Positions 54,409 through 64,000 of a DNA stretch of 64,000 nucleotides are shown piece by piece. The notes under the pieces were generated by a model that saw only the letters and a program-made list of their open reading frames with translations, had not been told where the DNA came from and searched no databases. The stretch spans positions 51,584,001 through 51,648,000 of the forward strand of contig OX597826.1 in the NCBI GenBank assembly GCA_951406725.2, in the 5' to 3' direction. The stretch comes from Octopus vulgaris. Taxonomy: Eukaryota. Position 1 is the stretch's first letter; each line of letters begins with the position of its first letter. The position numbers were made by a program, and so were the translations under genes.

Positions 54409-54477
54409 GTGCATATCAATAAATATCAGACATACTTATATAAGCATGTTTATGTTTATAGAAACATACATATACGC

Positions 54478-54508
<31 letters not shown>

Positions 54509-54544
54509 TGTATGTATGTATGTATGTATGTATCTATCTATCTA

Positions 54545-54620
<76 letters not shown>

Positions 54621-54749
54621 TATATGTTTGTTTCTATTAACATATACATGCATATACATATACATACATGCATACATATACATACATGCATACATATAAA
54701 TACACACACATACACACACACACACACACAATATATATATATATATATA

Positions 54750-54837
<88 letters not shown>

Positions 54838-54889
54838 GATATATATACATATATATATATCTAAGAATATATACATACATACATATTTA

Positions 54890-54927
<38 letters not shown>

Positions 54928-54957
54928 CGTATATATGTATACATACATACACACACA
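54478..54957. repeat. Compound TATG/TA/CA microsatellite
   Basis: Directly visible. Confidence 0.95.
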
Positions 54958-55361
54958 AAGTTCAAAAAACACACTGACACGCAGATAAATATGTTTGTAT
55001 ACGTTTGTTCGCACGGATGCTTAGTATCAAGGAAATAATTGAATAAATAAATATAGAAAGAATGCAGAATCGATAGACTGAGTTAACTTAATAAAACTAA
55101 TTCTGTCCGTTGGAAAATAATTCTAAAGCAACATTACTAATAATTCACAGGAGAGGTGTTGTTTTGTTGTAAAGCCTCGATCAGTCATAGAGAAATAAAA
55201 AGTGATTTTTATACTATAAATCAACATTATGTTGAGTAATTGTCTAAAGTAATATAATGTTATGTTGAAGTCAGAGATATTTATAGTAAAATATTAAATA
55301 TTTTAAAAATAATTTCAGCAGTTTGGTTTGTATCCACACAGGGACATAAAACGCATATATA

Positions 55362-55400
<39 letters not shown>

Positions 55401-55538
55401 CATAGCACACTTACCTATCTTTCCCTCTATATCCCTGTCTCTGTCTGGCTGTGTATCTCTTGTATCACTCTCAGATTATACATACTAGCACAGACGTAAA
55501 CACAAACACAGTATGATCCACAGAATGTTCATATCACG

Positions 55539-55692
55539 GGCGTGGCTGTGTGGTAAGCTTGTTTGTATTCAAATCTTTCTGGATTCAGTCTCAGTGCGTG
55601 GCTTCTTGGGCATGTGTCTTTTACTATAGCTTCGCGCCACCCAAAACCTTTTGAGTAGATTTGGTAGACGGAAACTGAAAGAATCCACCCGT
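55539..55692 (+). mobile_element. SINE family B 5' half
   Basis: GGCGTGGCTGTGTGGTAAG ... CTTGGGCATGTGTCTT ... GATTTGGTAGACGGAAACTGAAAGAA. Confidence 0.8.
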
Positions 55693-55715
55693 CTATCTGT
55701 CTGTCTTTCTCTGTG

Positions 55716-55804
<89 letters not shown>

Positions 55805-57179
55805 GTGTAGGAAGTATGTATGTATTTATGCTTGTTTGAAAAGTTTTACATTAAGAAAGTCTAGCAATTGCCAACGAATTTAAATCTCATCTCACTACAC
55901 CACCACGACTCCAATGTCATCCCAGAAGAAAGAAGCCACGTTGAGGTAGATACATTTTGGTACTAGTATCAATATGATCCTACTCGACCGTGCATCGGAA
56001 AGTCACATCTTAATATTTCAGGTCCAATAACTTTTTCCCAGAACTTTACAGACCCTCTTCTTCACCCTACTCTCATGATCCAGAGACAAGTACAGGCAAA
56101 GCAAAATGTCATGTGTCAATACGGATTGCAGGTTAAGGAATGAGGGAGCGTCGTGTTCTCATGCAAATGCTAATGATCTACAAAATGTTCAATGCCGTTG
56201 CTTGCATATCTGGTTTTATATCAGAGTGACCTTCTAGAAACACGCCTTTACAAAAGCTAAGCGATACCTCACTACCAGTGACCTCCCAGTAGGCCGGATA
56301 CCAATCCGGAATAACTGAGAGTCAGAGTTATTGCTGGATAGTCGTTTTACGTACACTACGTTCATCCGTCCTTTCGACAGGTCTTGTCTTTCGTTCCGCT
56401 GGGTTTCAAGCAATCGTCCTCACCAGACAAGCCTAGTTAAAATGCCGGTTTAGTCGCTAACGACCCGACCATTAAATGGGTATTACTGGACTCCATGCTA
56501 CAAGTAGCATTTATAAAAAACTTGACAAAAGGCCTCTCACACACACACATATATATACACGCTCACATACAAACACATAGACATGTAAGTATATATATAT
56601 ATGTATACACACACAGACACAGACGCACACACATACATATTTCACTGGAATCATGCAAGCGATGCTTGTCATGAATACTTAGATTCATTCTTGTTTTCTA
56701 TTTTTTGCACTAATGCCTAATGTAATTTGTTATGACTCAATCCGAACAGTAAGTCTAGCAACCATAAACTTGGTTTATCTACACTGGCTTAATACTGAAG
56801 GAGGTAGGAATTATGTGTCAAAGGTCGCTGTAGTAGAAGCCCGCCTGTTAGAATATTGAAGATTTATTTGATTGGAATCCTAGTTTTAAATTTTAAAACC
56901 AAATAACAACGAGTATATTATCTCATATAAAAGCATGCTAATGGTATTAAACTGATCAACTGTACTACACACGAGGCGCAGTATTTCTCTGCAGTATTTC
57001 TCAATTTATCTTTCATATCTGTCCATTTAAAATTTCGAATAGAAATGATGGAAGCCGGTACCATATGGTTTTGAAGACAACTTTTTAACCATACCACAAA
57101 ATGTTCCAAAGATTGAACATTTTGCTATAGAGAAATTTCCGATTAATGTAACAATCTTTCAGTCAGCAATTCTTCTACT

Positions 57180-57990
57180 TTTCTATTCTAAATTGAGGGA
57201 TCGTACTTCGTGATAATAGAAAGTCAGAGGCATTGGAAATCTCGTCATAGGTGCACTGTCTCAACTGCTGGGTTGTAGCCTTACTTAGATTTAGCACTAC
57301 CATTTTGAACTAGGGCATGTTATAGGAATAAAAGCTGTTACAAGTATTCAAATCAGTTCATCGCTCTTTCTCCTTGTTTTGGAGACACTGGATAAAGATT
57401 TTCGGTTCCGTAGTTTCTAATTTGACTAAACTATGCGATATATTAAAATCCTGTAATAATATTATTTTACGGATGATGAAACAATTTTGTGACATTCAAA
57501 ACTTTCATCACAAACAGTAACGTTAGAAAAATAAATTAACCTATGAATGAGTCGAAACCTGGCTCCGATTTTTGATTAACTAAAATGAAATGTCTTCCTT
57601 TACTTCATTCAGTACTTAAGCAGACAAATATTAACTCGAGTGGAATCTCGATTGGCTTAATTTACTCATTTATAATTAACAACAAACGTGCTAATTTGTT
57701 TACCAAATAGAAATGCTTGAATACTCGCATTGAGATTTTGAAGATCAAGAAGTAGTTTGCTTAAGTTCAAAAGAATTGACATTTCGCTGAGCAGAAATGT
57801 TCTGCTTACATTGTAAAAGTCAATGATTCTTGAAACACAAGCCTTAAGTCCCTCTAACAAATATCCAGTTTCTCCCAACAATTTACTATTGACATGAACT
57901 AAAATTCTTCGTTCAGTAAATGAGCAACCAATTGATAATAGAAGTGTTCGAGGCTCAAATAACCAAAGCTATTCGTTCCTTGACAGCTAG
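57180..57990 (-). pseudogene. hAT (Charlie/SPIN-like) transposase remnant
   Basis: KACVSRIIDFYNVSRTFLL...LDLQNLNASIQ...KQISTFVVNYK and downstream LVTAFIP/LVQNG...LSIITKYDPSI resemble the hAT catalytic and dimerisation regions; heavily decayed. Confidence 0.45.
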
Positions 57991-58546
57991 AAACTCCAAA
58001 GTGAAATATCGCTTTTCAAAAGGCCAACGCCGCAATCAGATTTATATCGGCCGAGTTTATACTTGGATGAATATTTCATTAAAATCGAAGAATATTGAAC
58101 ACAATACAAAACTTGCATGAATAGATTTTCTTGATAATGGCACAAATGCATTACAAATGTATGTCTAATGTGTATATACATGTATATTTTAATCTGTTCA
58201 TCTGTATATAATTGTGTATGTGCGCGTGTGTGCGTGTATATTGCGTACGTATGTACACATGTGCGATGCCATCTATACATTTATCAACTAGATACAATTT
58301 ACCGCACGAATCCACAAGGAAAGATAACACAAAATATATAAGCGCATCAAGTATTTTATCTCTGGAAACAGCAGACGTACACAAGGTATACCGAAAAAGT
58401 GAACACTATGCGTGCATAAGCTACCTCCAGTAATTGCAGACATCTGTATCAAACACTTCACATACCAATAGCTTTTATGTATGTGTGTATGTATACATAT
58501 TTCATATATTTTATATATGTGTGTATGCATGTGTATGAATGTATGC

Positions 58547-58579
<33 letters not shown>

Positions 58580-58793
58580 TGTATGTATGTGTGTATGTAT
58601 AAAACGTACAATTATTGACAGATTCAGAGGATACATATACACAAATGATACTCTATGGAAATGGTAGAGAAAGAGAATCTTCATTCCATGATGCACGTAA
58701 AATGTTTATTCAAATTGAATTCTTTTTCTCGCGCCCTGATGATCGCATGAAACTATGCTTGAGAGAAAAGTATTTCGGTTTTTATAAACAGTG

Positions 58794-59397
<604 letters not shown>

Positions 59398-60547
59398 GCT
59401 AGCTAGCAATCAGCAAGTACACGCTCACACACACACATCCACATGCGCACACACACATATGCATATGTATATGTGCGTGTGTATTTGTGTGTGTTCGTAT
59501 ATGTGTTTTCAAATCTGTTATTTCCTGGAATAAAATTTTCGGAAGTAATTTTAGATAAATGAAGCGGCTTTTTTTTTTTAAACATCTATTTTATTAAGCT
59601 TTAATTTCATGCTATATCTTTCATTGAAGAAAAAAAAAAGAATGAAGATATTTGTTTCGAATCAAGTCGTGATGTATATCTCGTTGATACCTAATGATAT
59701 AAAAATACTGGACGTCAATTTATGTAATATCAGAGAGCGGATGTATAGATAGCTATATTCACTTCTAAATTTTGTATCCAATTAAGATGGCCGCCGACAT
59801 AACTAGGAAGTGAAAACAAATAAAAAATAAAACAATAGAAAAATAAATCAGCACAGCTATTCTCGGAAATGTTTTGCAAAGATAATCAATGCTTTACACA
59901 AGCATATCTCTTACTTTTAGCTCACTTCATCCCGCTACTTCATATTTATGCCTATTTGGGTATGTATATATATATGCATACACACACACACACACACACA
60001 TTCATGCTTGCACACACGCACCTATGCATACACACACATTTGTATTTTTATATGTGTGTTGAAAACAATAGCGGTATCCGCATTAATTGTTTCCTCCTTT
60101 GAACGGCGTCACCCTACTTATGCTGAAATTATATTCGAAGATTTAATCGTCTTTTATATTTATTCGACTTTCGGAAGGAAAGTTTTTCTTTTCATCTGAA
60201 TAATACTTTTGTAGTACAACTCAGTCATGTAGATTCATCAAGAAAATCAAAACGCCTCTCTTACAGTATTCTCACCATATGAGACTACAATTGATAACTT
60301 GAACATTTGCCCACTTGCTCCATAAATTACTCTCAGTGAAATAAGAATTTTGACAACGATACTGTTTTGCTGCCAAAATCGTTTCAGAATTGACTGAACT
60401 TCTAAACAATATTTTGAAAATATTAATATAACAACAAGAACAACAAGAACAGCAAGAACAACAAGAACAAGAACAACAACAACAACAACAACGACAAAAA
60501 CAACAACAACAATAATAATGAGAATAAGAATAAGAATAAGAATAAGA

Positions 60548-60700
60548 AAAGCATTGCTTGAAACTGCAAAAATTCTTTGCAAAGTTCTTGAAGCATGACC
60601 AGTAAACAAGTGTCACCTTAGTCTGCTGGCTGTGGACAACTGACACTTTCCATCATACCCAGCAAAATAATCTATGAGTGTTTATATAATAATAATAATA
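60548..60700 (+). mobile_element. 3' end of an R4/Dong-type LINE with (AAT)n tail
   Basis: KALLETAKILCKVLEA* resembles the R4/Dong C-terminal ALLGTARILRKVL; short 3' UTR then AAT repeats; follows an AAC/AAT microsatellite. Confidence 0.7.
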
Positions 60701-60918
60701 GCGCCAGCCTTGACAGTGGCTGAACGTGTTCTACGCTGCTCTGACCGTTCAGCAGTCGAAGGCATAGAAACACTAATATAACCTGGCAGGACAACGGAAA
60801 AATAACTCTCAAAGACTGGAGTATTTACGATTTTCTGTATTTTTAATTTCCCTCAAAATAACTTAATAAACTTACATATCTACAGTTTTCGAACACACAA
60901 ACAATCAGCTCTAAACAC

Positions 60919-61300
60919 TTTAATATCTACAACTCCTGTAAATACCTATCTATTCCTTTCTCCCTTAGTATTCGAAAATGTAGACATCCTTTTTTATTCT
61001 AAGAACACTACAGTTTTCTCTGTACGCACATAAAAAAGACCATCTTTAGTAAATCAACTTTAATATCTACAACTTTCTACAAAAATTCTACTCTCTTTTT
61101 CTTCCCTTTCTCCCTGTGTATATCGAAAAAGAAACATCCTTTTTATTGCAAAAATACTACTGTCTTCTCTAACTGGACGTACAAACGAACATCGCTAGAA
61201 AATTTAAAAACCTAAATATCTACAATTTTGTTTGAAAATGTTATCATTCTTTTCTCCTTGACTACCCGAATATGTAAATATAACTTTTATTGCAATAACA
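60919..61300. repeat. Degenerate tandem repeat, ~140-155-bp unit, about 3 copies
   Basis: AATATCTACAA...TTCTCC...CGAA...CTTTTATT recurs starting near 60919, 61059 and 61214. Confidence 0.7.
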
Positions 61301-61463
61301 CAATTAAATGCACGATAGAAAAAATTAAGGAGGTAAGCACTTGCCAATATATACAAAACTGCACAATTACAAAAAGTGTAAACCACAACAAAACTTATAT
61401 AAAAGAAAAGGAAGGAAAAATTACAGAAATTCAAAAATTCAACCATGTGAACATTAGTATATA

Positions 61464-61848
61464 TCTACATATATAATGCTGAAGTTGCCTGTGTATGGCA
61501 GGTTTGGTAGCTTTCAACTAACACTATATCCTCCGAGACCCTGCGGCGCAAGTTGACCAAAATTAAGTGTATGATAGAAGAAGGCTTGCTCTTCCTTCCG
61601 TAGAAGAAAAAATTCAAATTGGACCATATTAACACAACAAATTATCTACATCAAGAAGGTGCTTTTTTTCTATGAAAATCCCTATTTTTTACGAGTTTTT
61701 TCTGCTGTGTCGCCACTTTCGGTGTATTTCAGCCAGAAAAATGTTCACTTAAAGAGAATAACAAGCTACGTAATGCAAAAGTTTTACTTTTCAAAAATTT
61801 CAATTCTAAAGGGTCGAAACAAACCCCAGCAACGCCGGGCGATACTGC

Positions 61849-61851
<3 letters not shown>
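61464..61851 (+). mobile_element. Non-autonomous Helitron
   Basis: 5' A|TCTACATATATAA; 3' subterminal hairpin CCCAGC-AAC-GCCGGG then CTAT|T (CTAG variant); A/T insertion site, no TSD. Confidence 0.7.
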
Positions 61852-61919
<68 letters not shown>

Positions 61920-62269
61920 CATATATGGATTTTTCTATCAGTAATTAAAAATAGAACAAGGTGAATTGCTTCTTTTCAAGGCCAAGGTCAGCGCTCTCAT
62001 TGATCCCTAATAGTAGTAAACACATATGACCTCTGCTGATCCAAAAGGTGTGAGTCCTCTCTTTTCTCCTTATCGTACAGGAATGTCCATTGCTGACCTC
62101 ATCGCCCTCTGCCGAATCTATTTACAGACCTGTAGAATTTAGTCTGTTCATCAACCTGCTACTCTTCTACCTTCTGTTCCCTTCAACGCTCACATATTTA
62201 TGATTATCTCAAGTACAAGACCAAATTTGAAATTAAACATTTAAAAATACCTTTTAATAATAAATAGAA

Positions 62270-62837
<568 letters not shown>

Positions 62838-63454
62838 AAATGGGGAAGAAAGATGATGAGTCGGCAGAAACTTCATTGCCCTTCATTATTTAGTTTTGTC
62901 CCACAATTTTTGTAAGTTTATTATGATGCTGTTATTTAGCTTTATTTCTATTTATCTCTACTGTATCTACCATATCAAACCTAAAAGATGCAATTTACTC
63001 CAAACCGTCCCCTAAAAAGGAATTGAGATAAGGGAAGCAGTGAATCATTGAACAAAACAATTCACTGCATTTTATTTGGTAGCTGTAAATCCTTGGGAAG
63101 ATTAGATATTTAGATAAAATACACTCTTGTTTATTCAATTGAATACACTTCTTTTTCTAAAATAATTTATCTCGTGCTTGGTTTATCCAAGAAAATATAT
63201 CACATAAGATTAATCTATGTGTTGTATAACAAACACGAAACTCCTTGGAAGCCAAATCACTGTCACCCTTACAGCATTGTATATTCCAAGTATATTCCAA
63301 AACCACTATATGTATCTATAAAAGAAAATTGCGGTTTCTTAAAAGTAAGAGCAACTGATTTATCTATCAAATGCATTATATTTAAAACCAACATTAATAC
63401 AGTGGTGAAAGAAACAAAAATTGGAGAATGATATAAGAGTATCAGCAACACATA

Positions 63455-63870
63455 GGCGTAGGAGTGGTTGTGTGTTAAGTAGCTTGCTTACGAACTACAT
63501 GGTTCCGGGTTCGGTCCCACCGCGTGGCACCTTGGGTAAGTGTCTTCTACTATAGCCTCGGGCCGACCAAAGCCTTGTGAGTGGATTTGGTAGACGGAAA
63601 CTGAAAGAAGCCCGTCGTATATATGTATATATATGTATGTGTGTGTGTATGTGAGTGTGTTTGTGTGTCTATGTTTTCCCCCCAACATCGCTTGACAACA
63701 GATGCTGGTGTGTTTACATCCCCGTAACTTAGCGGTTCGGCAAAAGAGACCGGTAGAATAAGTACTAGGCTTACAAAGAATAAGTCCTGGGGTCGATTTG
63801 CTCGACTAAAAAGGTGGTGCTCCAGCATGGCCACAGTCAAATGACCGAAACAAGTAACAGTGTAAAAGAG
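63455..63870 (+). mobile_element. Full-length SINE family B (tRNA head, CORE-like segment, internal TA/TG microsatellite, 3' module)
   Basis: B-box-like GGTTCGGTCCC, GCACCTTGGGTAAGTG; several other copies in the window. Confidence 0.9.
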
Positions 63871-64000
63871 ACACTATTTTTGGAAAGCTTTGAAGCTCTG
63901 TGCCAGAAATTGTTGGCTTCAAAAAATTAGGCTTTCGAATGTTAACGTGAGATCATTAAAAACGATTTAGTATAGCTACAAGAATTGGCTTTTAAATTTT

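Noticed and set aside
55860-56510. GC-richer segment resembling a retroelement 5' UTR, possibly with an HDV-like ribozyme
   Set aside because: I could not build the nested double pseudoknot or find coding motifs.

Overview
AT-rich, microsatellite-dense eukaryotic DNA with no intact protein-coding gene that I can support; almost all listed ORFs are simple-repeat artefacts. The tRNA-headed SINE families and very long (TA)n/(TCTA)n/(AAT)n arrays resemble an octopus (coleoid cephalopod) genome, which is an inference from recalled repeats, not a database result. The window is mostly decayed mobile DNA: at least three tRNA-derived SINE families (two copies with 12-bp TSDs), R4/Dong, L1/Tx1 and Penelope-like RT remnants, mariner and hAT fragments, several MITE-like inverted repeats and a non-autonomous Helitron. 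The most interesting signals are four: (1) a near-intact minimal hammerhead ribozyme at 53506-53583 with several decayed relatives in Penelope-like pseudo-LTR fragments; (2) recurrent lopsided palindromes, mostly inserted in (TA)n tracts; (3) a frameshifted, apparently single-exon class A GPCR pseudogene on the minus strand at about 17230-18745 that the ORF track largely hides; (4) a compact E-box/CRE/CRE/CCAAT/TATA cluster at 32526-32674 with no visible downstream gene. Boundaries of decayed elements are approximate.
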